A DNA stretch of 64,000 nt, taken from assembly GCA_963724295.1 (NCBI GenBank), contig CAVRUC010000007.1:480001-544000 (forward strand), given 5' to 3'. The notes beneath the pieces were generated by a model. That model ran no database searches, had not been told where the DNA came from, and worked only from the letters and a program-made list of their open reading frames with translations. Positions 51,577-64,000 of the stretch are shown one piece after another (the first letter of the stretch is position 1; the number at the start of each line of letters is the position of its first letter). This DNA is from an uncultured Chloroflexia bacterium (GTDB lineage: Bacteria; Chloroflexota; Chloroflexia; Thermomicrobiales; UBA6265). The position numbers and the translations under genes were made by a program.

Positions 51577-52820
51577 CGAGTCGGACGTCGGAGGTCGGAC
51601 GTCGCGAGGCCCGAATTGTCTCCATCGACGGCGTCGCCGTCTCCGATTTCCTGGTTCCCGGCAATGCGCAAGAGACAGCAGAGATCCTCGCCGAGGCCGC
51701 CGCTCGTGGCCACGCGGTCAGCCCGGTCGGGGGCGGCACCGCGTTGAACCTGGGAAATCCGCCGGAACGCGTCGACTGCGTCCTTTCGACCGAACGCCTG
51801 GCCGGTATCATCGACTACGAGCCGACCGATCTTGTCATATCGGTAGGCGCCGGGGCCCGGTTTGGCGACGTTCAGGCGGTCCTGGCCGAGCATGGGCAGC
51901 GTCTGCCGCTCGATCCTCCTGGCGGAGCGGACGCGACGATCGGCGGGCTCATCGCTACTGGTCGCTGGGGACCGCTTCGCTACAGTGCCGGGACGCTGCG
52001 AGATCTCTTGATTGGGATCGCGGTCGCGCACCCGAGCGGCACCGTCTCCAAGGCCGGTGGCATGGTCGTCAAGAATGTCTCCGGCTACGACATGCCGCGG
52101 CTCTACCTCGGCTCCCTGGGCACCCTCGGGGTCGTGGTTTCCGCCAATTTCAAGGTGCTCCCTCGCCCACGCGCCGAGGCGACGGTCATTGCTGCCTACG
52201 ACGGTCCGGCGGCGGCCTTCGCCATGGCGACCGCCTTGCGTGACGGCCGCGAACCTGTCGCGGCACTCGAGGTGGCGGTCCTGGAGGGAGCGTGGCAGCT
52301 GGTGACGCGCATCGAAGGGCGCGACGAAACGGTCGCCGCGGTCGCCGGTCGCATCGGCGCGATGATGGGCGGAGACGTCACCCGCCTCGACGGGTCGGTG
52401 AGCGCCGATTGGTGGGCTTCCTACGTCGCGAAGCAGCAGGTCGCCGGCGACGAGAATGCGGTGCTGGTCCGCTGCGGCGTGCGCCCGAAAGAGACGGCGA
52501 TTCTCGCCACCGGCATGGCGGCCGCGCTGAACGCGATTGGTGTTGCAACACCGTACCTGGCCGCGTCACCGGGGCTGGGCACGGTGGTGGCCCGGCTCGA
52601 CCTCGGCAGCGAGGGATCGTCCGGTCTGCTTGCTGACGTGCAAGGCATCCTGCTCGGTCTCGCCGAAACCGTGACGATCCTGGCCGCGCCGCCTTCGTGG
52701 AAACAGGGTATCGACGTCTGGGGACGACTCCCTGAAGGATTCGATGTGATGCGGTCGCTGCGGGCCCAATTCGATCCGGAGCGCACCATCAATCCCGGCA
52801 GGTTCGCCGGTTTTCTGTAG
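51566..52820 (+). CDS. glcE: Glycolate oxidase subunit GlcE (start or frame ambiguous in the first ~50 nt)
   Basis: DYEPTDL, GGMVVKNVSGYD and FDP...NPGR motifs. Confidence 0.85.
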
Positions 52821-52870
52821 TCCACACCAGTGGTGGCGAGGTCGTCGCCTGTCCGGAGGTATTCCCGTTC

Positions 52871-54235
52871 ATGGCAGTGGCGATTGAAACAGACGCGAAT
52901 CTCATGCGTCTTGGTGGGTTTTCGGGGCCGGATGTCCCCGAGGACGATTTGTTGCGTGCCTGCGTCCATTGCGGCATGTGCTTGTCATCGTGCCCGACGT
53001 ACCGGCTCACTGGCCAGGAGATGTCCTCTCCCCGGGGACGCCTCTGGCTGATGCGCGCGGTCGCCGACGAGCGACTTGATCTTCTCGACCCACTCTTCGA
53101 CGAGCAGATGTACCAATGCCTCAACTGCCGTGCCTGCGAGGCGGTCTGCCCATCCGGCGTGCACTACGGTCCGCTGGTCGAAGCGTCTCGCGCCCAGCTA
53201 GAGCAGCACCGGCCGCGACCACTACGCGACCGCGCGTTGCGCCGATTTGGGCTCGAATGGCTCTTCGCCGATAGCCGCCGGCTGCGCCTCCTGGTGCGCA
53301 TGCTTCGCCTCTCCGAAAAGAGCGGCATGACGGCGCTGACGCGCAAGAGCGGGCTGCTGAAGCTGGTGAAGATGGACGAGCTGCAGACGCTCACGCCCGA
53401 GATCTCGCGCCGCCCGATTGTTCCCGGGAACGAACGCTGGTCGGCCGATCCGGTTCGGAACGAGCCACGCTCCGCGCGACTCTTCAACGGCTGCATCATG
53501 GGGACCGTATTTGCCAACACCAACCGCGCCGCGGCCCGCGTCATAGCCAGAAACGGCTCCGACGTCGACGTCCCGCTCGAGCAGCAATGTTGCGGCGCGC
53601 TCCACGTCCACGCCGGGATGATGGAAGAGGCACGCAATCTCGCCCGCAAGAACATCGATGCCTTCGAGCGCTCCAGCAATGACCCCATCATCGTCACCGC
53701 CGCAGGCTGCGGCGCTGCCCTCAAGGAATATGGGTATCTCCTGAAGGAGGACCCCGACTATGCCGAGCGCGCGCAGCGGTTCAGCGATCGCGTACGCGAT
53801 TTCACCGAATATCTCGGAGAGCAGGAGCTCGTGCCTCCCACCAGAGCCATCCGGCGCACGGTCACCTACCAGGAGCCATGTCACCTCGTCCATGCCCAGC
53901 GCATCAGCCGCGAGCCACGCGACCTGATGAACGCGATCCCCGGTCTCGAGCTGGCTGAGATGAAAGAAAGCTCACTCTGCTGCGGCAGCGCCGGCATCTA
54001 CAACATTATTCGCGAGGAGATGGCGAATGAGCTCGGCGACCGCAAAGCGCTCCATGCCATGGAGACACCGGCGACGGAGGTCATCACCGCCAATCCGGGC
54101 TGCCAGATGCAGGTACGGGCTTCCCTGCGCCGCAACGGCAGCAACGTCAAAGTCCGTCACATCGCCGAGCTGCTCGACGAAGCATACGGTGGAGCGAAGA
54201 CGAAGCGCTCCATTGTCGGCCGCGCAGCCCGCTAA
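52871..54235 (+). CDS. glcF: Glycolate oxidase Fe-S subunit GlcF
   Basis: CVHCGMCLSSCP, CLNCRACEAVCP and two CCG domains. Confidence 0.92.
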   Translation: MAVAIETDANLMRLGGFSGPDVPEDDLLRACVHCGMCLSSCPTYRLTGQEMSSPRGRLWLMRAVADERLDLLDPLFDEQMYQCLNCRACEAVCPSGVHYGPLVEASRAQLEQHRPRPLRDRALRRFGLEWLFADSRRLRLLVRMLRLSEKSGMTALTRKSGLLKLVKMDELQTLTPEISRRPIVPGNERWSADPVRNEPRSARLFNGCIMGTVFANTNRAAARVIARNGSDVDVPLEQQCCGALHVHAGMMEEARNLARKNIDAFERSSNDPIIVTAAGCGAALKEYGYLLKEDPDYAERAQRFSDRVRDFTEYLGEQELVPPTRAIRRTVTYQEPCHLVHAQRISREPRDLMNAIPGLELAEMKESSLCCGSAGIYNIIREEMANELGDRKALHAMETPATEVITANPGCQMQVRASLRRNGSNVKVRHIAELLDEAYGGAKTKRSIVGRAAR

Positions 54236-56058
54236 CCCACCGCTAGCTCCTCGAGCCGATCGATATCGTCGCGTATTACCGCCAGGCTCGACCGCCAGAA
54301 CCCGGGGTCACGCAGGTCGATGTCGAACCTGGCGGCCAGATCGGCGGCGCTCGCTCGCCCGGTTGCCGCCAGGAGCGCGTCGTAGCGATCCGGGAACGTG
54401 GCCGGCTCGTTCCGGTAGATCGCGTACAGACCAAGCCCGAAGAGGAGTCCGAACAAATAGGGGTAGTTGTAGTACGAGAAGTCTGAGCTGTAGTAATGCC
54501 CTTTGACGGCCCACATGTACGGGTGCCGCTCCTCATTGGTCAGCGCGTCGCCGTACGTTGCTGCCTGTGCGGCGAGCATCAGCCGATTCAGCTCCGCTAT
54601 AGATAGCTCCCGCTCGCGGCGGCCAGCGAACAGCGACCGTTCGAAATCGAAGCGGCTGAGAATATCGACGACCACCTGGCAGGCGCCCTGAGCTGACTGC
54701 TCCAGGATGTAGATCCTCTCCCCCGGTTCGGCATCGACCAGCGCGGCCTCCTTGACGAGCGTCTCGCAAAAGGTGCTTGCCGTTTCCGCCAGAATCATCG
54801 GTGTCCGTCGTTGCAAGGGGGTAAGTCCGGCCTCGTTCAGGTTGTGGTAGGCGTGGCCGAGCTCGTGGGCGAGCGTCGTGACGCCGTCATAGCCCGGTGA
54901 GTAATTGGCGAGGATGCGCGATTCGTCGCCAACGAGCCGCATGCAGTACGCGCCTCCCACCTTGCCCGGTCGCGGGCCGGCGTCGATCCAGTGCTCGGCA
55001 AAGGCTCGCCTCGCCAGCCCCCGCAGCCGGTCGCTGTAGGCCCCGAACTGCTCTTCGATGAACCTGGTCGCTTCCGGCCAGGTCCACGTTCGCCCCGCAT
55101 CGCCTACCGGAGCGAACAGGTCGTACCAGGCGAGCTCGGTGGTCCCGAGCAGTCTCGCCTTCAGCCGGAGATAGCGCCGGAAGTCCGGGAATGCGGCGCG
55201 CGCCTCCTCGACCATCACGTCGAGGATGTCGCGGTCGATGGCGCCCCAGAAGAGGGATTCGTCGAGCGGATCCGCCCAATTCCGTCTGGCGGCGAGCGTG
55301 AGCACCTGACCTTTGACGCCATTGAGCGCGGCCGCGATGGGGAGAGCATGTGCCTCCCAGGCGCCGAGCTCCGCCCGCCATGCGCGATGACGCAGATCGC
55401 GGTCCGGTTCGGTCGCCAGATTGCGGATGGCGCTCATGGGGAGGGTTTGCTCGCGGCCTTCGACCTCGACCCTGGCGGTGATCTGCGACGTGAGATTGTC
55501 GTGGAGCTTGGCCCAGGCGGCCCCCGAGGAGGGAGACAGCTCCGCCGCGAGTGCCTCCGCCTCCTCGCTCATCAGATGCCGTGCCGCCGCATGCAGCTGA
55601 CGCAACGGGAATGCGTGTTCGGCGCCTACGGTCGAGCGCCCGACAACCTCTTCAATGGGCAGGGTTCCCACCCAGGCGGTGAAGCGCGTTTCCAGCTTGT
55701 CGAGCGCCACGGCGCGCTCCTGGAACTGGCTATATCGGGCCTGCGCTGCTTCATTGCGGGAGTCCGTAGAGATGGACCCGTACAGGTACGAGCCCATCGA
55801 ATCGAGCCGCTGCACAACGTCGTTCAGCGCGTTCAGCACCCGCTCGAAATCGGCCAGGGGCGCGGGACTCGCCGACGCTGAGGAGACACCAACTTCGTCA
55901 AAGAGCTTGACCAGATCATCGATGCCGCTCACAAGGCGATCGAACCCTTCGGCAAACTCCGGAGAGTCGAGACCTGGAAAGAGCGCGCTCAAATCCCAGC
56001 GCGGCAGCTCGTTTGTCTCAACGGCGCTCGCCGTGTCCGTCAGGGTTTTTCTTGGCAT
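54232..56058 (-). CDS. pepF: M3B oligoendopeptidase F
   Basis: HELGHAYH, AETAS and YYNYPY motifs. Confidence 0.9.
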   Translation of the reverse strand: MPRKTLTDTASAVETNELPRWDLSALFPGLDSPEFAEGFDRLVSGIDDLVKLFDEVGVSSASASPAPLADFERVLNALNDVVQRLDSMGSYLYGSISTDSRNEAAQARYSQFQERAVALDKLETRFTAWVGTLPIEEVVGRSTVGAEHAFPLRQLHAAARHLMSEEAEALAAELSPSSGAAWAKLHDNLTSQITARVEVEGREQTLPMSAIRNLATEPDRDLRHRAWRAELGAWEAHALPIAAALNGVKGQVLTLAARRNWADPLDESLFWGAIDRDILDVMVEEARAAFPDFRRYLRLKARLLGTTELAWYDLFAPVGDAGRTWTWPEATRFIEEQFGAYSDRLRGLARRAFAEHWIDAGPRPGKVGGAYCMRLVGDESRILANYSPGYDGVTTLAHELGHAYHNLNEAGLTPLQRRTPMILAETASTFCETLVKEAALVDAEPGERIYILEQSAQGACQVVVDILSRFDFERSLFAGRRERELSIAELNRLMLAAQAATYGDALTNEERHPYMWAVKGHYYSSDFSYYNYPYLFGLLFGLGLYAIYRNEPATFPDRYDALLAATGRASAADLAARFDIDLRDPGFWRSSLAVIRDDIDRLEELAVG

Positions 56059-56171
56059 GGGCCATCGGTTCCTTTCTCGCGGCTCGCCCAGATGGCGGCC
56101 GCTGAAGGGTAGACGACCGGCACGCTCCGTGCCTGACAGTCACCGTCTCGAGCGGTCTATGTACGGACAGC

Positions 56172-56200
56172 TTGACACAGACCCGGCTATTCCGTAGATT
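56172..56200 (+). promoter_or_regulatory. metXY promoter
   Basis: TTGACA-17 nt-TAGATT. Confidence 0.7.
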
Positions 56201-56224
56201 CTGGTAAACAACTGAAGAGTGCTG

Positions 56225-56370
56225 CCTTATCCAGATGGGTGGAGGGAATCGGCCCTGTGAAGCCCGGCAGCCTGCGGTCAGTTGACCGCAAGGTGCCAAA
56301 TCCGGCAGAGCGATCTGCGAGATAAGGGAACGGCGTGAAGACGCACCCCTGCCTCGGCGGGGGTTTCTTT
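56225..56370 (+). ncRNA. SAM-I riboswitch with downstream terminator
   Basis: CTTATCCAGA...GGAGGGA..GGCCC..TGAAGCC.GGCA...GGTGCCAAATCC...GATAAG (56225-56328); hairpin plus T-tract at 56345-56370; lies upstream of met genes. Confidence 0.93.
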
Positions 56371-56433
56371 GTGAGCCAGCTGTCCCTTCCGTCGAAACCT
56401 GGAGATAGCAGACCGGGCACGGACCCGGTCACG

Positions 56434-59095
<2,662 letters not shown>

Positions 59096-59106
59096 CGGAG
59101 AGCAGT

Positions 59107-59149
59107 AAAAGCAATGGAGCCGGGGCGATGCCCCGGCTCCATTGCTTTT
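59107..59149. terminator. Bidirectional intrinsic terminator
   Basis: AAAA-gcaatggagccggggc-gat-gccccggctccattgc-TTTT. Confidence 0.85.
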
Positions 59150-59176
59150 CCGATGCTTGAGTGCCGGCGTTGACCG

Positions 59177-59521
59177 TTATGTCGATTCCTCGAGGGAGGT
59201 CTTCGCGGCGCCAGACGCCGCCGTAGCGGGACTCTCCGTAGCCACCGGCTTCGGTGAGCGGTCCCCAGCCGGTACGATCCACTCTCCCCTGAACCATTGC
59301 CGCTGCCAGGGGATGGCGACGCGATTCTTGTGCTGGGAGAAATCGACCAGGTACAGGGGAATGCCGTAGGTGCTGCGCGGGTCGATCCCGATGATGGTAC
59401 CGGTGGCGCCGTCGAACCGCGCCTCCGGCCAGGTCGTATAGAGCACGCTGATACCCGGAATACCGCGCTTGCTCACGCCGCGCGGCATCGCCACCGTTAC
59501 TTCATCGCCAAAGTCGAACAC
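59177..59521 (-). CDS. Hypothetical small SH3/KOW-like protein
   Basis: FDFGDEVTV...RFDGATGTIIG...YLVDF; GAGGTGA RBS. Confidence 0.7.
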   Translation of the reverse strand: MFDFGDEVTVAMPRGVSKRGIPGISVLYTTWPEARFDGATGTIIGIDPRSTYGIPLYLVDFSQHKNRVAIPWQRQWFRGEWIVPAGDRSPKPVATESPATAASGAAKTSLEEST

Positions 59522-59587
59522 GATCGACTCACCTCGTCCCCATCACACGTCGCCGCGCCAAGTATAGCCAGCGCTCAGCGGCGGGCT

Positions 59588-60652
59588 TCAGGCGCGGCGC
59601 TCCCTCCGCACGTCAGCGGTTCCGGCGGACCAGACCTCGGTGTAGAGCTCCGCAAGCTGAACCTGGAGCGCGATTGGCAGCCCATCAAACCGTGTCCGGG
59701 CTCGCTCCGGCATCTCCAGCCGCAGCGCCCATACTTGCCGGGCCTGGAGACGATTCATGGCATCGCCGTCCATGGCTGTGGCGCTCCAGCGCCGGCATGC
59801 CTCCGCGATCTCGCCGTCATCCAGGGAAAGGAGGCGCTCGACCACGAAGCGAATGCCTTCGTCCGTCTCCGCGTTGTCAGACCGCTCGGAGCGGGATCGA
59901 GACGACAGGGGTATCAACCGCGCGCGGTGATTGCCGGCGTCACGTTCACTCCAGCTTTCGGCCCCGTGCCGCGTCATCGACCGCGCCGCCTGAGGCTGCC
60001 GCGTCAAGACGACCCCGGCGAAGATGATCGCGATGCCGAGGGCCATCGTCAGGTAGAGATATTCGGGTCTCCCGAACCGGGTCAGCGTCCCGCCCAGCGC
60101 CACGGTTATGGTCCCGATGGCGATGAGGACGCATCCGGCCGCTCGCTGACCCGAGCCGCTCGCGGCTCTCAACTTCCAGGCGGAGTAGAGCGCGCCGCCG
60201 GCAAGCACGATCGTGCCGCACGCATTGATCGTGGCGGCGAGGGCAACAAGGAATGGTCCGCGCTCCAGCGCCTGCCAACCCACCGCTGGTAATCGCGCCG
60301 GGTCGACAGGCGCGGACCAGACGGCCGTTACAGCCACGGCGACAACCAACAAGGCAACGCCGGGTGTGATCGCGGGCATGCGACGCGGCAGCAAGAGATA
60401 GAGCTCGCCCAGAGCCAGCACGCCAACCACGAGCACGGCGCCGGCGAGGTAGTAGACCCGCGCCAGGGCTGGTGTCCAACCGATCGCGGCCCCCACGACC
60501 TCGCAGACGGCTGCCGCTGTAAAGAGCAGGAACGCGACAGCCCAGATCGCGCGTTCGGAGCTAGGGCGTCTCAGTGCGTCCCAGCCGACGAACGCGGCGC
60601 AGAGGGCCGCGATCAGTGCGGTCGCGGCGGGTAACGCAATCACCAACTGCAC
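59588..60652 (-). CDS. Hypothetical membrane protein (about 7 TM plus cytoplasmic tail)
   Basis: Hydrophobic N-terminal ~215 aa and charged C-terminus. Confidence 0.7.
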   Translation of the reverse strand: MQLVIALPAATALIAALCAAFVGWDALRRPSSERAIWAVAFLLFTAAAVCEVVGAAIGWTPALARVYYLAGAVLVVGVLALGELYLLLPRRMPAITPGVALLVVAVAVTAVWSAPVDPARLPAVGWQALERGPFLVALAATINACGTIVLAGGALYSAWKLRAASGSGQRAAGCVLIAIGTITVALGGTLTRFGRPEYLYLTMALGIAIIFAGVVLTRQPQAARSMTRHGAESWSERDAGNHRARLIPLSSRSRSERSDNAETDEGIRFVVERLLSLDDGEIAEACRRWSATAMDGDAMNRLQARQVWALRLEMPERARTRFDGLPIALQVQLAELYTEVWSAGTADVRRERRA

Positions 60653-60711
60653 CCTGAGGCTCGATCTGCAATCATGCCGCCGAGTCTACCGCCGGGACTG
60701 AGGAGGCGACG

Positions 60712-60987
60712 ATGCTGTTCATGGTGATCGAGCGGTTCAGACCGGGCACGGTTCCGGACATCTACCGCCGCTTGCGAGACGAAGGACGTTCGCTACCGAA
60801 GGGACTCACCTACGAAGGAAGCTGGATCGAAGCGGGATTTGGCCGCTGTTTCCAGCTGATGGCCTGTGACGACGCGCGCCTGCTCCAGGAGTGGGTGCTG
60901 AGCTGGGGCGATCTCTTCGAAGCCGAGATCGTCCCGGTCGTGCCATCGGCGGAGACGCGAGAGGTCGTCCGCCCGTTCCTAGGGTGA
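60712..60987 (+). CDS. DUF3303-like protein
   Basis: MLFMVIERF...RCFQLM...EIVPV; GAGGAGG RBS. Confidence 0.8.
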   Translation: MLFMVIERFRPGTVPDIYRRLRDEGRSLPKGLTYEGSWIEAGFGRCFQLMACDDARLLQEWVLSWGDLFEAEIVPVVPSAETREVVRPFLG

Positions 60988-61114
60988 TGGGGTGATTACT
61001 CGCTCCGCTCGTGGTGATAGGGTGGTTGTTCGCTGCGCTCACGGTGGCAGGGTGGCAGGGAATCGTTCGTCCTGCCGACCCTGCCACCCCGCGACCCAGC
61101 CACCCATCACCCCC
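60983..61114. repeat. 30-bp tandem duplication plus GGGTGGCA-type octamers with inverted copies
   Basis: Units at 60983-61012 and 61013-61042; ggtggcaggg (61051-61060) pairs with ccctgccacc (61079-61088). Confidence 0.7.
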
Positions 61115-61119
61115 ACAGG

Positions 61120-61192
61120 TACCCCAGGCAGGATTCGAACCTGCGACCTGCCGCTTAGAAGGCGGATGCTCTGTCCCCTGAGCTACTGGGGC
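61120..61192 (-). tRNA. tRNA-Arg(TCT)
   Basis: GCCCCAG...CTGGGGT-A, anticodon loop CTTCTAA, T-loop TTCGAAT. Confidence 0.93.
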
Positions 61193-61241
61193 AGGTGTGC
61201 ACCTGAAAGTATAGAGGTTAGCGTCAGCGGGATTGAACGAA

Positions 61242-63894
61242 TCAGCCTTCGCCCGCCGCGACCGCGGACAAGACCGCCTGGGCCTCGGCGACGGCTCGCT
61301 CCTGGGACAGCGTGCGGCCCTCTTCCCAGGCCGCCTGATACTCAGTCTCCCCAAGTCGTTGTCGCTGCTCGGCCATGATTCGCGCCTGGATAGCATCGAC
61401 GCTGGGACGCAGGTCCCGTTGCATCGACTGCTGAATCGCGGCGGCCGAGCCGAACAGCCTGACGGCCTGAGCCGCGTCTCCCTTCGCGGCGGCCAGGTTG
61501 CCAGCGCCGAGAAGTGCCCAACTGATGCGGTCAGGTGCCTCGAGATCCATCGCCAAGGAGAGAGACTCAGCAAACAACGTCGCCGCCCCGACGGCGTCGC
61601 CATTCAGCTCGGTCATGTACGCTGCGTCACCGCTCGCGTCCATGACTGATGCGACATCGCCCAGGACCCGGAATCGGTCGCTCGCCTCCTCTGAGCCGCG
61701 CCGAAGCCTGGTCATAGTCTCCCTGTGCGAACGCCAGCGTGCCGCTCAGACCAACGACATCAGCGACGCTACGGGGATTCCCGCTGCGGTCGGCGACGGC
61801 GCGGCTCTCGGTGAGCAAAGATTCAGCGTCCTCAAACTCATCGAGATCGATGGCCACGCTGGCCAGGTTTCGGAGGAGACGCGCCTCTCCAATCAGGTCG
61901 CCAGCTTCTCTGAACAAGGCAAGCGCTTCCTGGTAGAGCGCGCGCGTTTCGTCGAGGCGTCCCAACCTGTGGTTGAAGGAGCCGGCCGCGGCAACCGCGC
62001 GGGCCCGGGTCTGAGGCGGCACCCCGTCGGCCGGCCGCTCCAGGAAGGCCGTGAGCCACCGGCTCCCTTCGGCAAATGGTGCCCGCCGGAGCCAGTAGAA
62101 CCGCATCGCCACCGAAAGTCGCAACCCCTCATCGATGCGGTTCTGATCCAGGAGCCAGCCCAGAGTAGCCGTGATGTTCGGACCGTCAGCGGCCAACCGG
62201 TCGAGCAACTCCACCTGGTTCGCGCGGACGAATTCGGGCTCGGCCGCTTCCGCGAAGTCGAGATAGAACGCGGCATGCCGCTCCCGGATCGCGGCATCCT
62301 CACCGGCTTCAGTCAGCCGATCGACGGCGAATTCCCGGATCGTCTCCAGCATCCGGAAGCGTGCCTCGGATTCCGTCTCATCCAGACGCACGAGACTCAT
62401 CTCGACCAACGAGGTGAGTCCTCCCAGGACATCGAGCTTCCCCTCGGGATTGGCAACGGCCTCTGCCGCCTCCATCGTCCACCCGCCGACGAACACACCC
62501 AGCCGCCGGAAGAGCTGGCACTCATCCGGCCCCAGGAGGTCGTAACTCCAGGCAATCGTGTCGCGCAGCGTTCTCTGCCGTTCCGGAGCATCCCGCCGGC
62601 CTCCCGTGAGCAACGGCAGCCGCCGCTCCAACCGGCTCAGCAATGCCGCGGGAGGGAGGACCTTGATTCTGGCAGCCGCCAGCTCGATCGCCAATGGCAA
62701 CCCGTCAAGGCGGGCGCAAATCTCCGCGACAATGGGAGCGATCGCGTCCGTGAGCTCGAAATCCGGCCGCACCGCCCTGGCGCGGTCGACAAAGAGGGCC
62801 ACCGCCTCGTTGCTGGCGAGCGCGGCCGCGTTCGTCCGCTGGCTCTGTTCCGGGAGACGGAGTGTCGGCACCAGGTACTCATGCTCGCCTTGAACCCGAA
62901 GCGGCGCGCGGCTGGTGACCAGCAGATCGACCTCCGATCCACCCAACAGCTCGGCGACGACCCCCGCGGAACCAAGCAGGTGCTCGAAATTGTCGAGAAT
63001 CAGCAGGGTTCCCCGGTCGGCAAGGGAGCCATGGATCTGCTGGACCAGCGACCCGGCAGTGACCTCTCGCAAGCCAAGTGCCCTGCCGATCGTGGACAAG
63101 ACCTGAGCCGGATCACGCAACGTGGAGAGATCGACGAAAACAGCGCCGCCGGCGAACGACGACGCTAGTCGCTCGCCGACCTGAATAGCCAGGCGCGTCT
63201 TACCGATCCCACCCGGTCCGGTCAGCGTGACGAGGTGAACGTTCGGCGCGGCCACCAGCTCCGCGATTGCCGAGATCTGCTCCTCGCGGCCCAGGAAGGG
63301 CGTCAGCTCGGGCGGGAAATTCCGGGTTTGCTGCTCGGAAGCAACCGGCAGGTCGACGTCCCGCGGCAGGTCCGGATGGACGAGAACGAAGACGCGTTCG
63401 GCACGCTTGATGTCGCGGAGGCGCATTTCGCCGAGCTCTCGCAGACTTGCTTCCGCTGGCAATCCATCCTGTGCCAGTTGTTCGACTGCCTCGGTGAGCA
63501 GGATCTGCCCGCCCCGCGCCATGCCGAGCAGCCGCGACAGACGGTTGAGCGGAGCGGCCAGATAATCCCCGTCGCGCGGTTCGGCCTCGCCGGCGTGGAT
63601 CGCCATACAGGCGCGCAGCGGTCCCAACGCTTCCGGCCAGGGCTCGCCCAGAAGCGCGCGCTGGGCCGTCAGGGCCGCGCTGATAGCGGCCGGAGCCGTC
63701 GGGAAGGCGGACTGCGTTCCGTCCCCGACGGTCTTGAAGAGGACTCCGCCGTGAGCGTTGACGGCGTCGCGCAACAGCGACAGATGTCGCGCCAGCGCCG
63801 ACATCATGGCGCTTCCGTCGCGCTCCCACAGGGAGCTGCTGTTCTCCACGTCGGTGAAGAGAAACGCGACAGTGCCGCGCGGCATCTCGGCCAA
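61242..63894 (-). CDS. Class III nucleotide cyclase-STAND ATPase-TPR protein; frameshift near 61690
   Basis: FLFTDVENSS, KTVGDG, LNRLSR (cyclase); GPGGIGKTRL, LDNFEHL, LDGLPLAIELAAAR (STAND); TPR-like helices continue in ORF 61242-61715. Confidence 0.88.
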
Positions 63895-64000
63895 GTTCAA
63901 TCTCCGGAGTACAGCACTTTGGCGCAATGACGTGGATTGTCGCATGCGAGTCGCGGGACACGGCTTTCCAGGCCGCAAGTCCCGAAACTGTCCCGAAGTG

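Overview
GC-rich bacterial chromosome segment, probably Chloroflexota/Thermomicrobiales-like (inferred from gene content, not verified). Most of it is housekeeping: comEA/comEC, mfd, sat-cysC, mutS2, lexA (with SOS box), dnaJ-like/hspR-like, purA, fabZ, a pspA-SPFH operon, gyrA, nadD, secDF, hppA, menA/menG, glcDEF, pepF, SAM-riboswitch-metX-metY, tmRNA, tRNA-Glu and tRNA-Arg. Three features stand out. (1) A ~5.5 kb accessory block (31.3-36.9 kb) holds a frameshifted TIR-nSTAND1-WD40 NLR-like gene followed by a stand-alone TIR. Only the stand-alone TIR keeps the usual catalytic Glu. The block also has a decayed fragment resembling a solo-Cas1 C-terminus and is bounded by a 13-bp direct repeat plus weak inverted repeats. 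(2) A family of small Gly/Asn/Ala-rich, mostly secreted repeat proteins at 0.9-1.6 kb and 22.9-23.7 kb could be functional-amyloid or beta-solenoid subunits. (3) An EVE-domain/(2Fe-2S) ferredoxin fusion sits next to OsmC. Several single-indel frameshifts in otherwise intact genes suggest assembly errors, so pseudogene calls are provisional. All family assignments come from reading motifs by eye; no searches were run.
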